Source: Pseudomonas aeruginosa
GTDB taxonomy: Bacteria; Pseudomonadota; Gammaproteobacteria; Pseudomonadales; Pseudomonadaceae
Reading direction: 5' to 3'
Length of the DNA: 32,000 bases
Assembly: GCF_001457615.1 (NCBI RefSeq)
Contig: NZ_LN831024.1
Coordinates: 4,110,001 to 4,142,000 of the forward strand
Shown one piece after another: positions 18,427 to 27,235 of the stretch. Position 1 is the first letter of the stretch. Each line of letters begins with the position of its first letter. The notes below the pieces were generated by a model that saw only the letters and a list, made by a program, of their open reading frames with translations, was not told the origin of the DNA and ran no database searches. Both the position numbers and the translations under genes were made by a program.

Positions 18427-20277
18427 TCACAGGGCCTGGTAGCGCACGCTGAGGTAGACCGCCTGGCCAGGCTGGTTGTAGCCATACGCGGTTTCGTAGT
18501 CGGCACCGAACAGGTTGGCGATCCGGCCCTGCAGGCGCCATTCGTCGTTCAGCCGGTACTCGCTGCGCAGGTCGAGGGTGGCGTAGCCGCCCAGGCGCAC
18601 CTTGTTGGCCGGGTCATCATAGCGTCGGCCTTCGGCGTGCACGCTGGCGCCCAGCGAAAGACGCTCGAAGCGCCGGTCCAGTTCCAGGTTGAACATCCGC
18701 CGCGCCCGGCGCGGCAGCTCGTTGCCGTCGTTGACGCCGCCGGAACGGTTTTGCGGGTCGAGGAAGGTTGCGTTGGCGTTCCAGTCCCAGCCCAGCCACT
18801 GGCTGCCGAGGACCAGTTCGACGCCACGGATGCGCGCTTCGTCGATGTTGTTCGGCTGCCCCCAGGGGCGCCCCGGCGCCGGACGCGGATCGTTGCCGAT
18901 CAGGTCGTCGACGTTGGTACGGAAGGCATTCACCGCCCAGTGCCCCCAGCCATGCGTACCGCTCAGCCCGACTTCCAGGCTGCGCGAAGTCTCGGCGTCC
19001 AGGTCGGGATTGCCGTAGTCGGGGTAGTAGAGTTCGTTGAAGGTCGGCGCCTTGAACGCCGTGCCGTAGCTGACGGTGAAGCGCAGCGCGTCGCTCAGCG
19101 CGTAGCCCCAGGCGGCGCTGCCGGTATCGTGCACGCCGAACTGCTGGTTGTCGTCGCGGCGCAGGCTCAGTTGCCAATCCTGGCGACCGTACCGGCCGAG
19201 GTACTGGGCGAACCAGCCTTTGTTCAGCCGCGAGTCGACGCTGAAGGCTTCGCTGCTGCTGATCTCGTCCTTCTGCCAGTCGTAGCCGAGGGTCAGCACA
19301 TGGCCTTCGGCCAGAGTCAGGTCGTTCTGCCAGGACAGGCTGTCGCGACGGGTATCGAAGCGCGAGTAGAAACGGCCATCCTGATAGGCATCAGCCTTGT
19401 CCTCGCTGCGCCCGGCCTGGAGGGTCACCAGCCAGGGATCGAACGGAGTGAAGCGGGCACGGCCGCCGACCAGGTTCTGCTCGCCGTCGGCGTTGGCATT
19501 GAAACCGGAGTTGCCGAAGACCTGGTCATAGTCGTTGTGCGACTTGGCCCTGAGCAGGGTGCCGTCGAGTTCCAGGCCATTGTCGAAGCGATAGCCGCCG
19601 CGCAGGTTGCCGGACAGGTTGCGGTAGCCGTCGCGGTCTGGCTCATAGCCCGCAGTACCGGCGCGCTTGGTATTGATCCCCGCCGTATCGAAGCTGCTCA
19701 CCCCGAGGCTGTACCAGCCGTTGCCGGCGCCGCCGCTGACCCCGGCGCTACCCTCCAGGGTCTGATGGGTGCCGTAACCGGCGGAGAAGAACGGCTTGGC
19801 GCCCTGGCCGTCGCCGCGCCGGGTGAAGATCTGGATCACCCCGCCGATGGCCTCCGAGCCGTACAGGCTGGAACGCGGCCCGCGGACCACCTCGATGCGC
19901 TCGATCAGCTCCACCGGCAAATCCTGGAACGCGGTGAGGCCGGCGCTGGCCGAGCCGACCTTGATGCCGTCGATCAGCACCAGCACATGGTCGGACTCGG
20001 TGCCGCGCAGGAACAGCGTGGTGTTCTTGCCGAAACCGCCGTTGTTCGCCAGCGACACGCCGGGTACCTGGCGCAACAGCTCCGGCACGCTGCGCGCCTG
20101 GCTGCGCTCGATATCCTCGCGGTCGATGACGCTCACCGCCGCCAGGCTCTGGGAAGCGGTCTGGGCGGTACGGGTGGCGGTCACCACCTGGTCGGCAAGG
20201 CTGACCGGTTCGGCCAGGCTCAGGGAAGACGCGCCGCACAGCGCCACGGCTGCCGGGGTCAGGAAAACTCTGTTCAT
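18427..20277 (-). CDS. btuB: TonB-dependent vitamin B12 receptor (BtuB-like)
   Basis: Signal peptide, TonB box QVVTATRT, plug domain VPELLRQVPGVSLANNGGFGKNTTLFLRGTESDHVLVLIDGIKVGSA, located downstream of a cobalamin riboswitch. Confidence 0.92.
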   Translation of the reverse strand: MNRVFLTPAAVALCGASSLSLAEPVSLADQVVTATRTAQTASQSLAAVSVIDREDIERSQARSVPELLRQVPGVSLANNGGFGKNTTLFLRGTESDHVLVLIDGIKVGSASAGLTAFQDLPVELIERIEVVRGPRSSLYGSEAIGGVIQIFTRRGDGQGAKPFFSAGYGTHQTLEGSAGVSGGAGNGWYSLGVSSFDTAGINTKRAGTAGYEPDRDGYRNLSGNLRGGYRFDNGLELDGTLLRAKSHNDYDQVFGNSGFNANADGEQNLVGGRARFTPFDPWLVTLQAGRSEDKADAYQDGRFYSRFDTRRDSLSWQNDLTLAEGHVLTLGYDWQKDEISSSEAFSVDSRLNKGWFAQYLGRYGRQDWQLSLRRDDNQQFGVHDTGSAAWGYALSDALRFTVSYGTAFKAPTFNELYYPDYGNPDLDAETSRSLEVGLSGTHGWGHWAVNAFRTNVDDLIGNDPRPAPGRPWGQPNNIDEARIRGVELVLGSQWLGWDWNANATFLDPQNRSGGVNDGNELPRRARRMFNLELDRRFERLSLGASVHAEGRRYDDPANKVRLGGYATLDLRSEYRLNDEWRLQGRIANLFGADYETAYGYNQPGQAVYLSVRYQAL

Positions 20278-20384
20278 GCTCTACGCTGCTCCGTCGCTCT
20301 CACCCGCGCGACCTGGGTTGAGGCAGACGGAGGACGAAGCGACGGCAGGAGACGTCCGACAGCGCCCTCCGCGATGCCGTGGGT

Positions 20385-20566
20385 GCGTCAGGCCGGTCTC
20401 CGGGCTCGCGAGCGAAGCGCTGGACGCTTCCAGCCGCGCCTTCCCATGCCGGAGCACAGTGGTCATCGAGCGGCTGTCTGATTCGCCTACCGTTGCGGGG
20501 CAGCGCTGGCCTGGTTCCGACGGAACGCACCAGCTTCCCTGTTTCACCCCTTGCGGGGCACCTGTC
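20385..20566 (-). promoter_or_regulatory. Cobalamin riboswitch upstream of btuB
   Basis: Minus strand: GGTGCCCCGCAAGGGGTGAAACAGGGAAGCTGGTG...GCCAGCGCTGCCCCGCAACGGTA (B12 box, 20488-20510)...CCACTGTG...GGGAAGGC...AGCCCGGAGACCGGCC. Confidence 0.95.
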
Positions 20567-20577
20567 GCAAGGCGCGC

Positions 20578-20607
20578 AGCTTAGTGGTTCGGGGCTTGCG
20601 CGGTCAA
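20578..20607 (-). promoter_or_regulatory. Possible promoter of the btuB/cob transcription unit
   Basis: Minus strand TTGACC (20607-20602), 18-nt spacer, weak TAAGCT -10-like element, placing the start just upstream of the riboswitch. Confidence 0.4.
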
Positions 20608-20627
20608 TGTGGGCGGCCACCGCAGAA

Positions 20628-22667
20628 CTAGCGCCCGGCTCCGGGGAGCGGGTCCGCGCGCAGCGCCGTCCCGGCCGGAGCATGGCTGCGGCACCACTGC
20701 CGCCAGGTGGCCTGCAACTGCACCAGCGCGGCGCCGGCCAGCTCGCCGCGTTCGCTGCCGGCCAGCGGGCTGGCGGCCAGGGCCTTGAGCAGGCGCGCGG
20801 TCGGCGGGTCGAGGGCGTGTTCACGCTCAGCCCGCGGGCCATCGCCCAGCAGCGCCAGGCGCAGGCGCCGCAGGTAGCGGTCGCGGGCCTGCGCCAGGGA
20901 CGCCGGGACCTCCTCCAGGCACTGCCGCAGGTAGAGCAGCTCGTCGCCGAAGTCGAGTCCCATCAGGCCGTCCGACCAGGGCTGGCGGCGCCCCTCCGGC
21001 AAACGGTCGTAGCGCTGCGCCAGGCGGATCAGGCGATCCGCGGTGCGCCCGCCGAACCAGGCCTCGGCCTGCGCCGGCGAGCGCAGGGTGAGCCGCGCCA
21101 GGTCGCCGAGGGTGGCCTGCAGCATGCGCCGGTAATGGCGTTCGCCCGGCCGCAGGCTGACCAGGTTGAACACCAGCACGGCGAAGGCCACCCCGAGCAC
21201 CGTCGACAGGGCGTTGTTGAGGAAGTGCGCGAGGTCGTAGCTCATGCTGTTGCTCGGCGCGACGTTCTTCACGAAGAAGATGCAGAACGGCGAGGCGATC
21301 CCGGCCAGGCTCGCCCGGTTCACGCACAGCGCGGCGAAGAACAGCGGTACGCCCAGGCCCAGGCAGAGCAGCGGGAAGCCGTCCACGCCGGGCAGGTAGA
21401 ACAGTGCGACGAAGCCGGCCAGCGGGATCGACAGGAGGATCCCGCGAAGGAAGTTCAGGCCGGCCTGGGCCGGGTTGTCGCGGCTGGCGAAGAGACTCAG
21501 CACCACCCCGGTGATCGACACCGCGCCCAACCCGCTCGGCCAGGCGCTGGCCAGCCAGAACGCGGCCACGCAGAGGAACGCCAGGGCGCTGCGCAGGCCG
21601 AACAGCACGCCGCGCTCGATGTCCCGGTGCCAGGCGATGGCGGCCGGCGCCTGGCGGGTGGGCGCGCCATAGACCAGCGCCTCGACGCTGCGCCCGGCCG
21701 CCCTCGCCTCGCCGAGCAGGCGTTCGAGGCAGACCAGGCACAGGTGCAACTGTCCATGCGCCGCGTCCAGCGCCAGGCGCAAGCGCTGCCGGCAGGCCTC
21801 GAACTCGGCCTGGCGGCCCTCGCGCAACAGTGCCTCGAGTTCTTCCAGCCAGGGCTGCAAGGCGTGCGCGCTGGCCGGATCGAGCAGCCTCCGCTCGCGA
21901 GCCACCTTGCGCGCCGCGCGCAGCAGGCCGAGCAGGTCGAGGCCTAGCACGCGCAAGGCCTGGGAACGGGCGCGGCCGAGCGCGCCCTCGAACCAGGCGT
22001 GGTCGCGCTGGGCGTCCGCCGCGGCGATCCGCCCCAGCGCCGCGAGCAGCTCGCCGCGTTCGTCGGCGCCGCGCAGCTCCGCCGCGGCCGCCTGCAAGCC
22101 GGCCTCCCAGGCCGCCTTGCCCTGGTTCGCCAACTGGCGTTCCAGGCGCCGCGGCCAGAGCAGCACATTCACCAGCGCCGCGCAGAGGATGCCCAGGCCG
22201 ATCTCCGAGCAGCGGGCCACCGCCTGGTCGAACACCGTCGCCGGATCGGCGCTGGCCGGCAGGGCGACGATGGCCGCGGTGTAGCCGGCCAGGACGAAAC
22301 CGTAGGACGCATGATTGTGCAGCAGCGACGCGCCGGCGGTGCAGAACGCCAGCCAGAGGGCCATCAGCAGGAGGAAGGGCAGCGATGCCTGGCCATAGAG
22401 TGCGACCATGCCGATGGACACCAGCGCACCGGCGCAGGTGCCGATCAGGCGGAACATGCCCTTGGCCAGGACCATGCCGCTATAGGGCTGGCTGACCACG
22501 AACACCGTCATCAATGCCCATTGCGGCTGCTCCAGCTCCAGGCCGAAGGCCAGGTACAGGGCCAACCCGCCGGCCAGCAGGGCCTTCACGGCGAACTGCA
22601 GTTCGTGCAGACGCGGGCACAGCAACACCTGCACCAGGTCGGAGGAAAAGAAGGAAGGCTTGGCCAT
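20628..22667 (-). CDS. FUSC-family membrane protein (AaeB/YccS-like exporter)
   Basis: LVQVLLCPRLHELQFAVKALLAGGLALYLAFGLELEQPQWALMTVFVVSQPYSGMVLAKGMFRLIGTCAGALVSI. Start uncertain: the track ORF extends to 22709. Confidence 0.88.
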   Translation of the reverse strand: MAKPSFFSSDLVQVLLCPRLHELQFAVKALLAGGLALYLAFGLELEQPQWALMTVFVVSQPYSGMVLAKGMFRLIGTCAGALVSIGMVALYGQASLPFLLLMALWLAFCTAGASLLHNHASYGFVLAGYTAAIVALPASADPATVFDQAVARCSEIGLGILCAALVNVLLWPRRLERQLANQGKAAWEAGLQAAAAELRGADERGELLAALGRIAAADAQRDHAWFEGALGRARSQALRVLGLDLLGLLRAARKVARERRLLDPASAHALQPWLEELEALLREGRQAEFEACRQRLRLALDAAHGQLHLCLVCLERLLGEARAAGRSVEALVYGAPTRQAPAAIAWHRDIERGVLFGLRSALAFLCVAAFWLASAWPSGLGAVSITGVVLSLFASRDNPAQAGLNFLRGILLSIPLAGFVALFYLPGVDGFPLLCLGLGVPLFFAALCVNRASLAGIASPFCIFFVKNVAPSNSMSYDLAHFLNNALSTVLGVAFAVLVFNLVSLRPGERHYRRMLQATLGDLARLTLRSPAQAEAWFGGRTADRLIRLAQRYDRLPEGRRQPWSDGLMGLDFGDELLYLRQCLEEVPASLAQARDRYLRRLRLALLGDGPRAEREHALDPPTARLLKALAASPLAGSERGELAGAALVQLQATWRQWCRSHAPAGTALRADPLPGAGR

Positions 22668-22701
22668 CGCGGACGCCCCGAAATACATGAGCGAGCGAAT
22701 T

Positions 22702-22715
22702 ATTAGCAAGCTAAT
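22702..22715. promoter_or_regulatory. Palindrome ATTAGCAAGCTAAT upstream of the FUSC gene, possible operator
   Basis: 6-bp perfect arms around a central AA in a local AT-rich patch, 35 nt from the FUSC start. Confidence 0.4.
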
Positions 22716-22911
22716 TTTCTATTGTCCAGCCTCTCCGCGAACTTTCCGGAAGAGCGTTTCGCCCTGCGAAACATGCGCCACGGAGGCCCACTGGAGCCGA
22801 CCAACACGCCTGCGCAGAAGGCGCCAACTGGCAGCGGCACGCGCCAAGCGTTCGTATACAATATCCCGCACGTTCCCAACGCCATGCAGGTTGTCCCGCT
22901 TGCCTCTCTCC

Positions 22912-23580
22912 ATGCTCAACGCCCCTAACCTGGGCATCGCCCCTTCGGCCTCCGAGATCATCGCCAAGCACCTGCGCGAAGCGATCATCGCCGGGCATTT
23001 CGCCGAGGACGAACCGATCCGCCAGGACGACATCGCGCAACTCTTCAATGTCAGCAAGATTCCCGTCCGCGAGGCCCTCAAGCGCCTGGAGGCGGAAGGC
23101 CTGGTGCTGTTCCAGCGCAACAAGGGCGCGGTGGTGACGCGTATTTCCGAACCGGAACTGGCGCAGATGTTCGAAGTGCGGGTGCTGCTCGAGGCGCAGG
23201 CGATCCGCCTGGCTGTGCCGAACATGGACGAGGCCACCTTCGCCCGCGCCGAGGCGATCTGCGCCGACTTCGTCGGCGAAGACAACGTCGGCCGCTGGGC
23301 CGAACTCAACTGGCAACTGCACGCCTGCCTCTACGAACCGGCGCAGCGGCCGTTCCTGGTCAACCTGATCCGCTCCATCCACGACAAGCTGGAACGCTAC
23401 CTGCGCATGCAGATGAGCCTGTCCGAAGGCAAGCAGCGCGCCGACCAGGAACACCGCGAGATCGTCGCCGCCTGTCGCGCCGGCGATGCCGAACGGGCCG
23501 CGGCACTGATCGAGGCACATATCGTCGGGGTCTGCCGGACCCTCTACGAACACCTGCCGAACCGCCCGGCCAGCACCTGA
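22912..23580 (+). CDS. GntR-family (FCD domain) transcriptional regulator
   Basis: LREAIIAGHFAEDEPIRQDDIAQLFNVSKIPVREALKRLEAEGLVLFQRNKGAVVTRIS HTH, followed by FCD-like C-terminal domain; start ATG at 22912 within ORF 22660..23580. Confidence 0.94.
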   Translation: MLNAPNLGIAPSASEIIAKHLREAIIAGHFAEDEPIRQDDIAQLFNVSKIPVREALKRLEAEGLVLFQRNKGAVVTRISEPELAQMFEVRVLLEAQAIRLAVPNMDEATFARAEAICADFVGEDNVGRWAELNWQLHACLYEPAQRPFLVNLIRSIHDKLERYLRMQMSLSEGKQRADQEHREIVAACRAGDAERAAALIEAHIVGVCRTLYEHLPNRPAST

Positions 23581-23696
23581 GCCGGGCCATCCAGGCTATG
23601 CCGCTTTCGTCACTCGCCTGAGCGAAAACCCTCAAGCGCCCCGTCCCGCCGAAACGCCACCCTGTGGCGCATACCCCGGCACAGGCGAGGGCCACC

Positions 23697-24641
23697 ATGC
23701 AACGCATCCGCATCATCGATTCGCATACCGGCGGCGAGCCCACCCGCCTGGTCATCGACGGCTTTCCCGATCTCGGCCAGGGCGACATGGCCGAGCGCCG
23801 GCGCCTGCTCGGCGAGCGCCACGACGCCTGGCGCGCCGCCTGCATCCTCGAACCGCGCGGCAGCGACGTACTGGTCGGCGCCCTGCTCTGCGCACCGGTC
23901 GATCCCGAAGCCTGTGCCGGAGTGATCTTCTTCAACAACAGTGGCTACCTCGGCATGTGCGGCCACGGCACCATCGGCCTGGTCGCCTCGCTGGCACACC
24001 TCGGGCGGATCGGTCCCGGCGTGCACCGCATCGAGACGCCGGTCGGCGAGGTCGAGGCGACCCTCCACGAGGACGGCTCGGTCAGCGTGCGCAACGTGCC
24101 GGCCTACCGCTACCGTCGCCAGGTCAGCGTCGAAGTGCCCGGCATCGGCCGGGTCAGCGGCGACATCGCCTGGGGCGGCAACTGGTTCTTCCTGGTCGCC
24201 GGACACGGCCAGCGCCTCGCCGGCGACAACCTCGACGCCCTCACCGCCTACACCGTCGCCGTCCAGCAGGCGCTGGACGACCAGGACATCCGCGGCGAGG
24301 ACGGCGGCGCCATCGATCACATCGAACTGTTCGCCGACGACCCCCACGCCGACAGCCGCAACTTCGTGCTCTGCCCCGGCAAGGCCTACGACCGCTCGCC
24401 CTGCGGCACCGGCACCAGCGCCAAGCTGGCCTGCCTGGCCGCCGACGGCAAGCTGCTGCCCGGCCAGCCCTGGCGCCAGGCGAGCGTGATCGGCAGCCAG
24501 TTCGAGGGGCGTTACGAGTGGCTCGACGGCCAGCCCGGCGGGCGCATCGTGCCGACCATCCGCGGCCGCGCCCACGTCAGCGCGGAAGCCACCCTGCTGC
24601 TGGCGGACGACGATCCGTTCGCCTGGGGCATCCGCCGGTGA
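23697..24641 (+). CDS. lhpA: 4-hydroxyproline 2-epimerase (proline racemase family)
   Basis: [27 protein letters not shown]...[13 protein letters not shown] and [18 protein letters not shown]. Both catalytic Cys are present, consistent with racemase/epimerase. Confidence 0.93.
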   Translation: MQRIRIIDSHTGGEPTRLVIDGFPDLGQGDMAERRRLLGERHDAWRAACILEPRGSDVLVGALLCAPVDPEACAGVIFFNNSGYLGMCGHGTIGLVASLAHLGRIGPGVHRIETPVGEVEATLHEDGSVSVRNVPAYRYRRQVSVEVPGIGRVSGDIAWGGNWFFLVAGHGQRLAGDNLDALTAYTVAVQQALDDQDIRGEDGGAIDHIELFADDPHADSRNFVLCPGKAYDRSPCGTGTSAKLACLAADGKLLPGQPWRQASVIGSQFEGRYEWLDGQPGGRIVPTIRGRAHVSAEATLLLADDDPFAWGIRR

Positions 24642-25752
24642 ACGCCGAGGTCATCGTGGTCGGCGCCGGCATCGTCGGCAGCGCCTGCGCCCATGAACTG
24701 GCGCGTCGCGGCCTCGACGTACTGGTGCTGGACAGCCGCCGCGGCGGTGCCACCGCGGTGGGCATGGGCCATCTGGTGGCGATGGACGACAACCCGGCCG
24801 AACTGGCCCTCAGCGACTACTCGATCCAGGCCTGGCGCGCCTGGGCGGCGGATCTGCCGGAAGACTGCGCGTACCGCAATTGCGGCACCCTCTGGCTGGC
24901 CGCCGACGCCAGCGAACTCGCCGAGGCCGAACGCAAGCGCCAGGCGCTGCAAGCCGCCGGCGTTGCCTGCCGGATGCTTGGCGCCGCGCGCCTGTACGCC
25001 CTCGAACCGGCCCTGCGGCCGGGCCTGGCCGGCGCCCTGGAGGTGTCCGGCGACGGCATCCTCTACGCGCCCAACGCCGCGCGCTGGCTGCTCGACCAGG
25101 CCGGGCCGCGCCTGCGCCGGCTGTACGCCGAAGTCAGCGAAGTGGACGGCAGCCGCCTGCGCCTGGCCGACGGCCGCTGGCTGAGCGCCGAGGCGCTGGT
25201 GCTGGCCAACGGCATCCATGCCGGCGAGCTGTGCGCGGAGCTGCCGATCCGCCCGAAGAAAGGCCACCTGCTGATCACCGACCGCTATCCCGGCACCCTC
25301 CGCCATCAACTGGTGGAACTCGGCTATGTCAGCAGCGCCCACGCCAGCAGCGGTACCTCGGTAGCCTTCAACGCCCAGCCGCGCCCCACCGGGCAGGTCT
25401 TCCTCGGCTCCTCGCGGCAGTTCGACACGCTCGACCCGCAGGTGGAAGGCCCGGTGCTGGCGCGCATGCTGCGGCGTGCCCTGGACTACCTGCCGGGCTC
25501 GCCGGCCTCAATGCGATCCGCGCCTGGACCGGCTTCCGCGCCGCCACTCCGGACGGCCTGCCGCTGCTTGGCGAGCACCCGGCGCAGCCGGGCCTGTGGC
25601 TGGCGGTCGGCCACGAGGGCCTGGGCGTGACCACCGCGCCGGGCAGCGCGCGCCTGCTCGCCGCCCAGTTGCTCGGCGAAACGCCGCCGCTGGATGCCAC
25701 GCCTTATCTGCCGCAACGCTTCCTCTCCAGCTCCGGGAGTGCCCGGCCATGA
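24638..25752 (+). pseudogene. lhpB: FAD-dependent D-hydroxyproline dehydrogenase, beta-subunit-like, apparently frameshifted near 25496-25500
   Basis: N-terminal frame: [32 protein letters not shown]...RRALDYLPG then aberrant SPASMRSAP..., stop at 25630. Conserved C-terminal GLAGLNAIRAWTGFRAATPDGLPLLGEHPAQPGLWLAVGHEGLGVTT...RP is in a different frame, ending at 25752. Confidence 0.85.
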
Positions 25753-25985
25753 TCGAACTGTTCATCGACCGGCGTCCGCTGCGGGTCGCCGTCGGCACCA
25801 GCGTGGCGGCCGCCCTCGCCCTCGGCGGCGACGGCTGCTCCCGCAGCGCGGTCGGCGGCGGGCGGCGCGCGCCGTTCTGCGGCATGGGCGCGTGCCAGGA
25901 ATGCCGGGTATTGATCGACGGTCGGCGACGCCTGGCCTGCCAGACCGTCTGCCAATCCGGCATGCGCGTGGAGACCCAGGCATGA
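25749..25985 (+). CDS. (2Fe-2S)-binding small subunit of D-hydroxyproline dehydrogenase (78 aa)
   Basis: MIELFIDRRPLRVAVGTSVAAALALGG...RAPFCGMGACQECRVLIDGRRRLACQTVCQSGMRVETQA; plant-type ferredoxin-like Cys pattern. Confidence 0.92.
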   Translation: MIELFIDRRPLRVAVGTSVAAALALGGDGCSRSAVGGGRRAPFCGMGACQECRVLIDGRRRLACQTVCQSGMRVETQA

Positions 25986-27235
25986 GCGCCGACTACGACC
26001 TGCTGATCGTCGGTGCCGGCCCCGCCGGCCTGGCCGCAGCGCTGGCCGCCGCGCCGAGCGGCGCGCGCATCGCCCTGGTCGACGACAACCCGGCCGCCGG
26101 CGGACAGATCTGGCGCGACGGCCCGCGTGCCAGCCTGCCGCCGCGTGCCCATCAGATGCGTCAACGCCTGGCCGGGCAGGCCAATGTCGAGCACTTCCCG
26201 GCGACCCGGGTGGTCGCCTGCGGTCCCGGCAGGCGCCTGTTGCTGGAAGACCCGCAACGTGGCTGGCAGGTCGGCTACCGACGCCTGGTCCTCTGCACCG
26301 GCGCCCGCGAACTGCTGCTGCCTTTTCCCGGCTGGACCCTCCCCGGCGTCACCGGCGCCGGCGGCCTGCAGGCGTTGGCCAAGGGCGGCCTGCCACTGGC
26401 CGGCCAGCGCCTGGTGGTGGCTGGCTCCGGCCCGCTGCTGCTGGCCAGCGCCGCCAGCGCCAGCCAGTGCGGGGCGCGCCTGCTGCGCGTCGCCGAACAG
26501 GCGCCGGCGAGAACCCTGGCCGCCTTCGCCGTACGCCTCCCGCGCTGGCCCGGCAAGCTGTGGCAGGCCGCCGGCCTGTTCGCCCGTAGCTACCGCGCCG
26601 ACAGCTACGTGCTCGCCGCCCTCGGCGAGGAGCGCCTGGAAGCCGTGCGCCTGCGCGAAGGCGGTCGGGTCCGCGAGATCGCCTGCGAACGCCTGGCCTG
26701 CGGCTTCGGCCTGGTGCCCAACGTGCAACTCGGCCAGGCCCTCGGCTATCGCCTCGACGGCCCGGCGCTCGCCGTCGACGAATGGCAGGCCGGCAGCCTG
26801 CCCGACCACTACGCCGCCGGCGAATGCACCGGCTTCGGCGGCAGCGAACTGGCCCTGGTGGAAGGCACCATCGCCGGCCATGCCGCCGTCGACGAGCGCG
26901 ACGCGGCTCGCCGCCTGTGGCCACGACGGCGACGCTGGCAGGGCTTCGCCGACACCCTGGCGCGACACTTCGCCCTGCGTGCCGAACTGCGTCAACTGGC
27001 GGAGGCGGATACCCTGGTCTGCCGTTGCGAAGACGTCCCCTTGGCCGCGCTGGCCGGGCATGCCGGCTGGACCGAGGCCAAGCTGCACAGCCGTTGCGGC
27101 ATGGGCGCCTGCCAGGGGCGGATATGCGGCAGCGCCGCGCAATTCCTGTTCGGCTGGACGCCTCCGGCGCCGCGTCCGCCGTTCAGCCCGGCGCGCCTGG
27201 AGACCCTGGCCCGCTGGCAGGGCGACGCCGGCTAG
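25982..27235 (+). CDS. NAD(P)/FAD-dependent oxidoreductase, large subunit of D-hydroxyproline dehydrogenase
   Basis: MSADYDLLIVGAGPAGLAAALAAAPSGARIALVDDNPAAGGQIW...LVVAGSGPLLLASAASA...VCRCEDVPLAAL...KLHSRCGMGACQGRICG; ATGA overlap with the preceding gene. Confidence 0.93.
   Translation: MSADYDLLIVGAGPAGLAAALAAAPSGARIALVDDNPAAGGQIWRDGPRASLPPRAHQMRQRLAGQANVEHFPATRVVACGPGRRLLLEDPQRGWQVGYRRLVLCTGARELLLPFPGWTLPGVTGAGGLQALAKGGLPLAGQRLVVAGSGPLLLASAASASQCGARLLRVAEQAPARTLAAFAVRLPRWPGKLWQAAGLFARSYRADSYVLAALGEERLEAVRLREGGRVREIACERLACGFGLVPNVQLGQALGYRLDGPALAVDEWQAGSLPDHYAAGECTGFGGSELALVEGTIAGHAAVDERDAARRLWPRRRRWQGFADTLARHFALRAELRQLAEADTLVCRCEDVPLAALAGHAGWTEAKLHSRCGMGACQGRICGSAAQFLFGWTPPAPRPPFSPARLETLARWQGDAG

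Noticed and set aside
17596-20481. 961-aa plus-strand ORF antisense to cobO and the TonB receptor gene
   Set aside because: It lies opposite two clearly identified genes, has a low-complexity composition typical of high-GC antisense frames (Val/Ala/Gln/Gly/Pro-rich) and no recognisable domain. It is a codon-bias artefact.
20300-20842. Small ORFs across the btuB leader (20281-20547, 20300-20842)
   Set aside because: The region is explained by the cobalamin riboswitch and intergenic DNA; no RBS-supported start seen.
23610-24575. 321-aa minus-strand ORF antisense to lhpA
   Set aside because: The sense strand encodes a clear proline racemase-family protein with both catalytic cysteines.
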